A program made the position numbers and the translations under genes. The notes beneath the pieces were generated by a model. The model was not told the DNA's origin. It ran no database searches and saw nothing but the letters and a program-made list of their open reading frames with translations. DNA of 64,000 bases from Candidatus Gottesmanbacteria bacterium RIFCSPLOWO2_01_FULL_42_22 (lineage in GTDB: Bacteria > Patescibacteriota > Microgenomatia > 2-02-FULL-39-11): contig MFJU01000004.1 of assembly GCA_001779315.1 (NCBI GenBank), forward strand, positions 6,753 to 70,752, in the 5' to 3' direction. Position 1 is the first letter of the stretch, and the number at the start of each line of letters is the position of its first letter. Below, one piece after another: positions 29,650 to 38,149 of this stretch.

Positions 29650-30849
29650 ATGCTTTATTTTTCAGAATTATTCAATAAACAGGTTGCCACAGACAAAGGC
29701 AAAATTTTAGGCCAATTGAAGGATCTTTTTTTCCTTTACGGTGAAATCCCCACCCTTACCATATTGGCCGTTGAGGATAAGGACAGCCGGAAATTAATTC
29801 CGCTCAGTTTCCTTAAAAAAATCAACCATACCTTAACCGTAGCTCATGATTATGAAGCAGTCGAACAGACTGAAAGCGAACTGTCGGTGGCCGGCAATCT
29901 CTTAGACCGGCAGGTGATTGACCTTAAAGGAGACAAAGTCGTGCGTATAAATGATGTCATCATCTCCGAAAGCCCCAATTACTATATTTCCGGGATTGAT
30001 ATTAGCGTCTGGGGGGTCTTAAGAAGACTGGGACTTCTGAAACCGGTTATCAATATACTTCGCCAATTAAAAATTACTGTCCTTCAGGAGGCTCTTTCCT
30101 GGGGAGAGATCCAAAACCTGGAGCTAATGCAGGGGAAAATCCAGCTTAAGGTCAAAGAGGAAAAACTGGCCAAAATCCGTCCCGAGGACCTGGCTGATTA
30201 TCTGCAAACGACCAACATCGATAATATCAAAACTTTTCTCTCAAACCTTAATCTGGAAAAGGCCGCCGAGGTTTTTGCCTCTCTGACCGGTGCCCATCAG
30301 ACCGAACTTATACGCCAATTCAAAGCGGAAATGGCAGCCCGTTTTGTTGATCTTTTAGACCCGGATGAAGCAGTCGATATCCTTCTGACTGTTTCCGAAA
30401 AAAGGAGACAAAGTATTTTAGAGTTTGTCTCTTCCGAAAAAAAAGAGGAACTGTCGCATCTTCTTCGTCACTCCTCCACTCCCATGGGCGAACTGATGAC
30501 TACCGAATATCTGGTCGTCAATTCCAATCTGACGGCTAAAGAAATCATCGATAAAATCAGGCTCGAGACTTCCGACTTTGCCTGCCTTTATGCGGTCTAT
30601 GCATTGAATGAAAAAAGCCAACTCGTCGGCGTCTTTTCCCTCCATGAGCTTTTGATGCAGCCGCCCGATAACCCGGTTTATAAATTCATGGTAGCTAACC
30701 CGGTGACTTTACATCTTTCGACACCGGCCGATATCGCTCTAAATAGGCTGATCAGATACAATCTGTCTGCTCTGCCGGTCATCAATAACCAGAAACACAT
30801 CCTGGGTATGGTCACTTTGGATGATTTGTCCGATTATATAAAAAGATAA
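29650..30849 (+). CDS. MgtE-type cytosolic protein (PRC barrels, MgtE_N, CBS pair) without TM domain
   Basis: MLYFSEL, LLDRQVIDLKGDKVVRIND, PEDLADYL, DPDEAVDIL, GELMTTEY, GMVTLDD; promoter TTGACC-18-TAGAAT favours the second Met. Confidence 0.85.
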   Translation: MLYFSELFNKQVATDKGKILGQLKDLFFLYGEIPTLTILAVEDKDSRKLIPLSFLKKINHTLTVAHDYEAVEQTESELSVAGNLLDRQVIDLKGDKVVRINDVIISESPNYYISGIDISVWGVLRRLGLLKPVINILRQLKITVLQEALSWGEIQNLELMQGKIQLKVKEEKLAKIRPEDLADYLQTTNIDNIKTFLSNLNLEKAAEVFASLTGAHQTELIRQFKAEMAARFVDLLDPDEAVDILLTVSEKRRQSILEFVSSEKKEELSHLLRHSSTPMGELMTTEYLVVNSNLTAKEIIDKIRLETSDFACLYAVYALNEKSQLVGVFSLHELLMQPPDNPVYKFMVANPVTLHLSTPADIALNRLIRYNLSALPVINNQKHILGMVTLDDLSDYIKR

Positions 30850-30876
30850 TTGCACACCCCCCAGGGGTGAATCCCG

Positions 30877-32190
30877 ATGAAATCAGGAACACCTCCGGGG
30901 AATATAAAACATATGAATTCAGTATCAGATATCAAACATAAAATTTGGATTTTCCGCAGGAGAATATTAATTTTCCTGGCAGTCTTTGGACCCGCCACTA
31001 TTGCCGCCATGGCCGATAATGACGCCGCCGGTGTCGCTACCTATCTTCAGGCGGGTGCTAAATTAGGTTATCCCATCCTTTTTATACTGATTATTGTCAC
31101 TATTCTTCTGGCTATTACTCAGGAAATGGGTATACGGTTAGCCATTATAAGCCGCAAAGGTTTAGGTGATCATATAAGGGAGAAATATGGTCTTAAAATA
31201 TCCATTTTCGTCTTTTCCGCGCTTCTTCTGGCAAATCTGGGCACTATCACGGCCGATGTTTCCGCCATCAAGATTATAAGCGAACTTTTTAATCTGCCTT
31301 CTCTGATTACTATCGTTTTTTTGCTAGTCCTTGCCTCACTCTTTGTCGTCAGGGGTAACTACCGCATCAACCAAACTCTGATGCTTTTATCCAGCCTCTT
31401 TTTTCTTACATTTATCTTCTCAGCTGTCAAAGCTAAACCTGACTGGGGCTTGGCTTTGTCCAATCTTTTCTTTCCTCATGGTGTGACTTTCGACCGCACA
31501 TATTTGATTAGTTTCCTGGTCATGGGGATGAGTATCTTGGGCACAACCATCACTCCTTGGGGACAGTTTTTTATCTCCTCATTCTCTTTTGACAAAAATA
31601 TTGATCCGCAAAAACTTAAATATTCCCAACTGGAAACCTATATAGGAGCCTTCCTGACTGATTTCTTTTCCTTCTTCATGATAGTTTCAACTGCAGCCAC
31701 CCTGTTTGTCTACGGCTTGACTATTACCACCGGGGAAGAAGCAGCTTTAGCCATAAAACCATTTGCCGGTCAATTTGCCAGCCTCATTTTTGCCTTCGGG
31801 ATTTTAAATGCCGGTTTTATGGGTATGATCATTATCGCTTTAACCACCGCTTATGCTTTTTCCGAATTCTTTGGGTTTTCAGGCAGTTTGGATGCAGCCT
31901 ACCACCGCGGTAAAATGTTTTACCGGCTATTCCTTTTTCAAATCATCACCGCCTCTCTCATCGTCCTTCTGCCTTCGGTCAACCTTTTCCGGCTTGCTCT
32001 CTTTACCCAAACCATCAATGCCATGATGCTGCCGGCTGTTTTTTATTTTCTGCTTAAATTTACCGCTGATCCCAAAATTATGGGAAAGGAAGTCAACAGC
32101 CCCTTCAAGCACTATTTTGCCCTGATTTCAATAGCAGTCATCCTGCTCGCCTCATTCGCCACACTGCTGGTTGGCATCTTCAACTTATAA
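30877..32190 (+). CDS. NRAMP-family divalent metal transporter (NRMT/Mg-type clade)
   Basis: FGPATIAAMADNDAAGVATY, QEMGIRL, GTTITPWGQF; lacks DPGN. Start may be 30913. Confidence 0.88.
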   Translation: MKSGTPPGNIKHMNSVSDIKHKIWIFRRRILIFLAVFGPATIAAMADNDAAGVATYLQAGAKLGYPILFILIIVTILLAITQEMGIRLAIISRKGLGDHIREKYGLKISIFVFSALLLANLGTITADVSAIKIISELFNLPSLITIVFLLVLASLFVVRGNYRINQTLMLLSSLFFLTFIFSAVKAKPDWGLALSNLFFPHGVTFDRTYLISFLVMGMSILGTTITPWGQFFISSFSFDKNIDPQKLKYSQLETYIGAFLTDFFSFFMIVSTAATLFVYGLTITTGEEAALAIKPFAGQFASLIFAFGILNAGFMGMIIIALTTAYAFSEFFGFSGSLDAAYHRGKMFYRLFLFQIITASLIVLLPSVNLFRLALFTQTINAMMLPAVFYFLLKFTADPKIMGKEVNSPFKHYFALISIAVILLASFATLLVGIFNL

Positions 32191-32215
32191 TTCCAATAGG
32201 CTACAATGAATTAAA

Positions 32216-33253
32216 ATGGTTTTAGAACACAAGAAACTGCTGAAAATATTCACCAATCCGACATTGCCGGTCACCAAAGGCCTGGAAATCCTCTCCTCAA
32301 TCCGCCATAAACCAAACAGCAACGCTAAAACTCTGCCGCCGATCGAAAAAATCAAGCATGGAAATAATAATCTGGTAATTTTACGAAATCCGACAGAAGA
32401 AAATATCCGCCACCTTAAAAAAAACTATGGTATACATCCCCTGCATTTAGAAGACATTGTCTCTACAGTCCAAAGGCCGAAAATTGACGAGGAGGAAGAT
32501 TACATCTTTTTTGTCTTCCATTTTCCCCAGTTTAACCCGGAAACCAACCGCATCAACTCCATTGAAGTCGATTTCTTCCTGACAGAAAATGATCTTTTGG
32601 TTATTATTGATACGCAATTCCAAACGATTGAGGAAATTATTCAGAATATTGCCGGAAAAGATAGTGAAAAGAAGAAATATTTTGCCGGAGGGCCCGGCAT
32701 GCTTTTCTACCGTATTCTGGATAATCTGGTCGATTCGATTTTTCCCCTGATTGACCTCTTTGAACGCGGTATTGAAAAAATCGACCGTGAGGTCTTTGCC
32801 GATGACCCAAAAAATGTCGCCGTCCAATTGTCATATTTGCGCAGGAATGTCATTTTTTTCCAAAGCCTGGTCAAACCGGAACTGAATTCCTTTGCTTCCA
32901 TTGAACAGAGTCCCCACCCGTTAATCAATGAAGAACTGAAGACATATTTTTCCAACATTACCGACCACTTGAAGAAAATCTGGGACAGGCTGGAAGATGT
33001 CATCGAGCTTTCCAACAACCTCTCCCAAACCTTCGAAAGCTATCTGTCATTCAAAACCAATGAAACCATCAAGATTCTGACCATGTTTTCGGTTGTCCTT
33101 ATGCCACTGACTCTTCTTTCCGGCATTTACGGCATGAATCTGGCCTTCCTGCCCTTGGCAGAACACCCGCAAGCTTTGACCTATATCACTCTTTCCATGA
33201 TTTCTGTTATTGTCATTATGATCGGCTTTTTCAAATACAAAAAATGGCTCTGA
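32216..33253 (+). CDS. corA: CorA-family Mg/Co transporter
   Basis: HPLHLED, QRPKID, NETIKILT, GIYGMN signature. Confidence 0.93.
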   Translation: MVLEHKKLLKIFTNPTLPVTKGLEILSSIRHKPNSNAKTLPPIEKIKHGNNNLVILRNPTEENIRHLKKNYGIHPLHLEDIVSTVQRPKIDEEEDYIFFVFHFPQFNPETNRINSIEVDFFLTENDLLVIIDTQFQTIEEIIQNIAGKDSEKKKYFAGGPGMLFYRILDNLVDSIFPLIDLFERGIEKIDREVFADDPKNVAVQLSYLRRNVIFFQSLVKPELNSFASIEQSPHPLINEELKTYFSNITDHLKKIWDRLEDVIELSNNLSQTFESYLSFKTNETIKILTMFSVVLMPLTLLSGIYGMNLAFLPLAEHPQALTYITLSMISVIVIMIGFFKYKKWL

Positions 33254-33257
33254 TGTT

Positions 33258-33812
33258 ATGAAAAATAAACCTGTCTTAATCGATGAAGTTCTTGACCATT
33301 TGCCCCATCTGATCCGCCTGCGGCTTCCCTGGTTAATGTTAGGACTTTTTATCGCTTTCCTGTCGACCATGTTTGTTTCCCGGTTCGAAGAAATTATTTC
33401 GGAAAATATCAGCCTGGCTTTTTTCCTGCCGATGATTGTTTATATGAGTGACGCTGTCGGCACCCAGAGCGAAACTATTTTCGTGCGGCAACTGCAGATG
33501 GGTAAAATGAATTTAAAGAAATACCTTCTAATGGAGTTTCAGATCGGTTTATTTATGGGCATATTTTTAGGCTCTGCCATATTCGCCGCTGCCTATCTTT
33601 GGTTAAAGTCAATGCCGGTAGCTCTCACCGTTGGTTGGGCGATGTTTACCAATATTCTGATTGCTCCGACCATCGCTGTCGTTATCCCGGAATTTTTATA
33701 CAAAAGGCATTCTGATCCGGCCCTGGGCGCCGGCCCCTTTGCCACCGTCATCCAGGACACCTTGAGCCTAGTCATCTATTTCCTCATCGCCGCATTGATA
33801 ATCCGGGCCTGA
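33258..33812 (+). CDS. MgtE membrane domain (stand-alone)
   Basis: RLPWL, FFLPMIVYMSDAVGTQ, DPALGAGPFATVIQD. Confidence 0.9.
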   Translation: MKNKPVLIDEVLDHLPHLIRLRLPWLMLGLFIAFLSTMFVSRFEEIISENISLAFFLPMIVYMSDAVGTQSETIFVRQLQMGKMNLKKYLLMEFQIGLFMGIFLGSAIFAAAYLWLKSMPVALTVGWAMFTNILIAPTIAVVIPEFLYKRHSDPALGAGPFATVIQDTLSLVIYFLIAALIIRA

Positions 33813-33868
33813 CATAACAAACTTAAATCTAATGAGACTTGACCTATCATTATTTTTAGATTAAAATA

Positions 33869-34117
33869 ATGGAAATGCAAAAAATAGTTTCAATCACCAG
33901 CCAAGGTCAATTAACCATTCCTCAATCCATGCTTAAATCACTGGGAATAACAGGCCCGGTTAAAGCCATAATCAGAAAAAAAGAAAATACTTTGTTAGTT
34001 GTGCCGAAAAAAGATTTCTGGTCACTGGCTGGAGTATTAAAATCTGATGTAAAATTATCAGATACCCAATTGAGGGAAGCCCGGGAGGTTTTTTCATCCA
34101 AATGGAGCAGGCAGTAG
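33869..34117 (+). CDS. AbrB/MazE/SpoVT-family antitoxin
   Basis: VSITSQGQLTIP; preceded by TTGACC-17-TAAAAT. Confidence 0.88.
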   Translation: MEMQKIVSITSQGQLTIPQSMLKSLGITGPVKAIIRKKENTLLVVPKKDFWSLAGVLKSDVKLSDTQLREAREVFSSKWSRQ

Positions 34118-34482
34118 ACACCAATATTATCCTCAGATACCTGGTTGGAGACGATAAATTGCAACAGCAAAAGGCCCAAACTATATTTCAAAAAGCTAAA
34201 GATGGGAAAATATCATTAGTCATAAAACCCTTAATTGTGGCGGAGGCTTGCTTTGTGCTGGAATCGTTTTATCAAAGGGGCAGAGAAGAAATTGCCGATG
34301 CTTTCGAAGTCTTCTTATCCCAAAAATGGCTGAAAGTGGAAGAAAGGGAAACATTACTGGCTTTGTGGGATTGGTATAAAAAAAACTTTCATTTCGTTGA
34401 TAGTTATTTGCTCTCCTGGGCTAAATTAAATGCAGGAAAAATAGTCACCTTCGATAAAAAACTACTATCCTCTTCCTCATAG
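34102..34482 (+). CDS. PIN-domain toxin
   Basis: VDTNIILRYL, VAEACFVL, HFVDSYL, TFDKKL. Confidence 0.9.
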   Translation: MEQAVDTNIILRYLVGDDKLQQQKAQTIFQKAKDGKISLVIKPLIVAEACFVLESFYQRGREEIADAFEVFLSQKWLKVEERETLLALWDWYKKNFHFVDSYLLSWAKLNAGKIVTFDKKLLSSSS

Positions 34483-34582
34483 CCGCCCTGATCATCCAAG
34501 CCTAACTATTGCCTAAGATATCTGTTAAACATCCCATAGTATTTGACTTCCAATCTTAATTCCTCTATACTTCCAGCCTATT

Positions 34583-34819
34583 ATGACAACAAAAAATGAG
34601 TTTAACGATCAAATTAATAAAATATTGCTTATGAAATTAAAAACTCTCATTCTTAAGAATCTAAGAAACGAAGATCTGCCTGAATTTAATGAGCTTGTAA
34701 AACAAAACAACGCAAACATTCTTCTTCAATTCGCTAATTCCAGAATTCCTGATCTGGGTAATCAATTATTTAATGAAATATATAACCTAAAACAACGGTT
34801 AGAAAGCAGTATAAAATAA
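34583..34819 (+). CDS. Small helical hypothetical protein
   Basis: 78 aa after TTGACT-17-TATACT; adjacent to the next gene. Confidence 0.65.
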   Translation: MTTKNEFNDQINKILLMKLKTLILKNLRNEDLPEFNELVKQNNANILLQFANSRIPDLGNQLFNEIYNLKQRLESSIK

Positions 34820-34820
34820 A

Positions 34821-36392
34821 ATGCTAAATTTAGAACAACAAGAAACTAGACCTAGCTTAACTGGAGAAGAATTGTTAACTGCCAGTCTGGCTCTTGAAAA
34901 ACAATTAGCTCAAATAGATTTATATAGTACTCTTAGGCAATCAGATATCCCAACAGACATTGCTGAAGTTTATGAAAAATTAGGAGCAGAATTAACTCCA
35001 TTGGAGGAAAGAAAATCATCTACTTTCAAACGTCTTGGTCAGGGAATAAAAAGAGAACTTTGGGATAGTACTCTTGGAAGATCTATTGCTGGGACAGTAG
35101 TGATTACAACCATCGGAGAAATCATAAACCAAGGCGGTCCAATAGAAGCATCAGAGGTTTTTATTGCTTTTTATAACAGGTTAGTAGGTTGGGCTGGTGA
35201 AACAATCGAAAATATTGAAGCTTGGCCTATGATTTCAGCTGCTGGTGTAGCTTTGCTCTGGACGCTATTCAGTCCCAAAATCTATGAAATAATTTCTGCA
35301 CGAGACAGTGCAAAAACTGTAAAAACTTTATCACAAGATGCGGAGGCGAGAGAGAAACGCACAGCTGCTTTGCTTTTACATCAGGAAGGAAATGCTGATT
35401 TATTTGGCATAGGACCAAACATCCAGATTGACGTTGGCAAATCTGACCCCTCTGCACTTCTATTGATTGATTTATTTCATAAGTTAGGTATCGAAGTGGT
35501 GACTTATTGGGATCAAAGGAATATTCACTTCGCTCAAAACAAATACTGGGAAAAAACATATAACGATTGGACAAATCGTGAGACATTATTAAGAGGCAAT
35601 GTTCAAGAAAGTCTTTGTTCAATAATTTTAGTTTCCAATGGTGATGATGTCTTTCTATCGTCAAGAATACAAGATCCAACAAGGGAAGCGCAGGATATGA
35701 CCGATAATGAAGCTATTGGTTCGATCAACGCTAGAAATTCTGTCCGTAATAACTTAGGGCTCCCGGCAACGCCGCATATTATGGTCACCAACCCTCAACG
35801 CCTGATCGATATCGATTTGGTTAAAAGTGGAAGTGAATCATTTCATCCTAAAACAGTTGGTCAAGTTATCCGGGAAAAATATCCGAATGTGCATATTATT
35901 GATCCGGATCAATTGATTTTTGAAGAACTGGCTCAATTAGCCTTCAAAGAAAAATCTAAAAAGAATCTCCCCCTTGAATTGATTACTAATTCTGTCAGGG
36001 CATCTGAATATAAAACAAATTTAAGACTAGTAATAAATGAATACAATCAAAAAATCGGAAATGATAAGACAAAAAATATCAGATTTTCCACAAAAAAAGA
36101 CGGTCTAGAAACGTTGAGTATTATTTATGGTTCAACGGATGAAGATACTATAGCCCAACTCGAGACATATAAAGATGATTTTTCTCAAGAAGGTGAACTT
36201 GTAGCCATTATAAACGACCCAGAGAAAGTTGCACGATTACCCGAAGGATCAAAATATATATGTGTCGGTACCGTTATTGCTAAAGCTATATTCAAAAAGT
36301 TTATTGAATTAGTTGCTCAAGGAGCAATTGAATTACCACAGCAAATAACCCTACCCCCAGAACCGGTACAAAATCAAGAATTGGCAGACTAA
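34821..36392 (+). CDS. Hypothetical membrane protein, possibly a degenerate channel with two RCK/TrkA-N-like domains
   Basis: Two hydrophobic segments, then SIILVSNGDD...DNEAI and SIIYGSTDEDTIA...LVAIINDPEKVARL, resembling RCK domains. The fold is an inference. Confidence 0.55.
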   Translation: MLNLEQQETRPSLTGEELLTASLALEKQLAQIDLYSTLRQSDIPTDIAEVYEKLGAELTPLEERKSSTFKRLGQGIKRELWDSTLGRSIAGTVVITTIGEIINQGGPIEASEVFIAFYNRLVGWAGETIENIEAWPMISAAGVALLWTLFSPKIYEIISARDSAKTVKTLSQDAEAREKRTAALLLHQEGNADLFGIGPNIQIDVGKSDPSALLLIDLFHKLGIEVVTYWDQRNIHFAQNKYWEKTYNDWTNRETLLRGNVQESLCSIILVSNGDDVFLSSRIQDPTREAQDMTDNEAIGSINARNSVRNNLGLPATPHIMVTNPQRLIDIDLVKSGSESFHPKTVGQVIREKYPNVHIIDPDQLIFEELAQLAFKEKSKKNLPLELITNSVRASEYKTNLRLVINEYNQKIGNDKTKNIRFSTKKDGLETLSIIYGSTDEDTIAQLETYKDDFSQEGELVAIINDPEKVARLPEGSKYICVGTVIAKAIFKKFIELVAQGAIELPQQITLPPEPVQNQELAD

Positions 36393-36459
36393 TATTGCAA
36401 TAAATATTCGTCTCCGCTCATAACTTTTATCTTTTTCATTTGCTTGCTATAATTAACAT

Positions 36460-36795
36460 ATGCGTTTTTTGATTGATCTTCTTATCCGGGCTTTGGTGCT
36501 TCTGTTAACCGCCTATATCGTGCCCGGTTTTAAAATCGGTGATTACACCACAGCAGTTATGGTTGCTCTGGTTTTAGCCCTTCTCAATCTTTTGCTTAAA
36601 CCCATTTTGGTTATCCTGACCCTGCCGGCCACTATCCTTACTCTTGGCCTTTTCATGTTTGTCATCAATGCGATTCTTCTTATTATCGCCTCCCGTTTAA
36701 TTTCCGGCTTTCAAATTGCCGGTTTCGGCACAGCTATCCTGGCCTCAATCGTCATCACCGTCATCGGGAGCCTCCTTAATATCCTCATCAAATAA
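36460..36795 (+). CDS. Four-TM phage holin superfamily IV (YvlD/DUF360) membrane protein
   Basis: LNLLLKPILVILTLPATILTLGLFMFVINA. Confidence 0.9.
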   Translation: MRFLIDLLIRALVLLLTAYIVPGFKIGDYTTAVMVALVLALLNLLLKPILVILTLPATILTLGLFMFVINAILLIIASRLISGFQIAGFGTAILASIVITVIGSLLNILIK

Positions 36796-36959
36796 GCTAT
36801 AATAGCGGTTCCAGATAAAATATCAAAAAGCAATTGGGCAAAAATGCAACTCCAAAAAGAATTCAGCAGGAACTCCGAAAAAGATTCTATATCAAAGATA
36901 AGGATAAAGCTTATTAAATATGCTTTTAATTCTTTTGGATTAGACTTCGAATTTATAAT

Positions 36960-37424
36960 TTATTTTAGGTCCTTGACCATGAAGAATTTAGGTTTGCCGT
37001 TTATTTTTCCCTGCATTACTAATTTAAACCCTTGTCTTTGATAATAAAACCTGGTTTGGGATACCGATGAAACCCAAAGTTTCTCAACTCCCCTGGCTTT
37101 TATTATTTCTTCCAGCTTTTTTAAAAGTCCAAAGCCCACCCCTTTTCCCCGGAATTCCTGATCGACTGTAAAAAAACCGACCCAGTATGCTTCTTCTCCG
37201 GGAAATTTATCCCCCATGGCTTCAGTTGCCCAGTTGACGTTATCCTGGTACCAACCGATGACACCGATTATTCTGTCATCCTTCAAAGCTATAAAATGGG
37301 CATCGAGATGTTCCAAATGATGTTCTATCTCCTTCCGGGTATCCAGTTCAGATCTTAAAACCAAATCGACAGCCTCCGGAAAATGTTTTCTGGTCAATTG
37401 CCTGATCTGATAATTAATGCTCAT
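36960..37424 (-). CDS. GNAT family N-acetyltransferase
   Basis: VDQEFRGKGVG, FYYQRQGF. Confidence 0.9.
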   Translation of the reverse strand: MSINYQIRQLTRKHFPEAVDLVLRSELDTRKEIEHHLEHLDAHFIALKDDRIIGVIGWYQDNVNWATEAMGDKFPGEEAYWVGFFTVDQEFRGKGVGFGLLKKLEEIIKARGVEKLWVSSVSQTRFYYQRQGFKLVMQGKINGKPKFFMVKDLK

Positions 37425-37486
37425 GGTATACCCGCTATGGCTTTGATTATAAAATTACTTGTGAAAATTCCGTCATTTGGGCAAAA

Positions 37487-37900
37487 TCAGTTTTCCTTCA
37501 AAACCGTTACTTTTCTTTTGCTGTCTACCACCAGACTGTATTTTTCTTCAAAAATATCTTTTTTTCCCAATAAAAGCGGCATTGAATCTGCCTGTGTTTC
37601 AACTGCACTGCAGTATATTTTTATTATTTTCCGGCCGATTTTTACGGGAATATGAAATTCCCAACTTTTAACCGAGATGCCTCCGACACCCATCGTGGAA
37701 TTAACGACCAGATTCTTCTTTCTCAAGCCCAACACAGGCAAGAGATGTGAAGGGACTGTAGTGACATCGGCTCCGGTATCGACCAAGAACTCAAATTCCT
37801 GCCAACCGGCAATGGTCTTTAACTCTAACCGAATGATGGGATAAAATAATTTGCCTAAACCTGTAATTTCCGCGTATTCAAAGGGAAATTCTAAAGACAT
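37487..37900 (-). CDS. Retropepsin-like aspartyl protease
   Basis: FLVDTGADVT, LLGKKDIF. Confidence 0.85.
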   Translation of the reverse strand: MSLEFPFEYAEITGLGKLFYPIIRLELKTIAGWQEFEFLVDTGADVTTVPSHLLPVLGLRKKNLVVNSTMGVGGISVKSWEFHIPVKIGRKIIKIYCSAVETQADSMPLLLGKKDIFEEKYSLVVDSKRKVTVLKEN

Positions 37901-38111
37901 ATTTGGAGTTTTTCTGGGGAATCCAGGAAATAGTTATATCCGCTTTTTTACCGGTTTTTTTGAAAAGAACATCCAGCCTCTTGGCATGAGCAACGATCTG
38001 CCCTGTTTTACGGTTTTTAGCCACATAGCCTGAACCATATTTTTTAATCAGTTCAGAAATATCGGTTGGTTTCATATTTATAAGTATATCTTTTACTACC
38101 GACTTTCTCAA
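37878..38111 (-). CDS. DUF5678-like small protein, partner of the aspartyl protease
   Basis: KKYGSGYVA...QIVAHA; overlaps the protease gene. Confidence 0.7.
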   Translation of the reverse strand: MRKSVVKDILINMKPTDISELIKKYGSGYVAKNRKTGQIVAHAKRLDVLFKKTGKKADITISWIPQKNSKYVFRISL

Positions 38112-38149
38112 CCGTCACGGGGATTTGAAGTACTCCTGTAAATCCTAAT

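Noticed and set aside
36460-36795. Holin (with SLT and M15 genes) as evidence of a prophage
   Set aside because: YvlD-type proteins are common chromosomal genes; there are no integrase, terminase or capsid genes.
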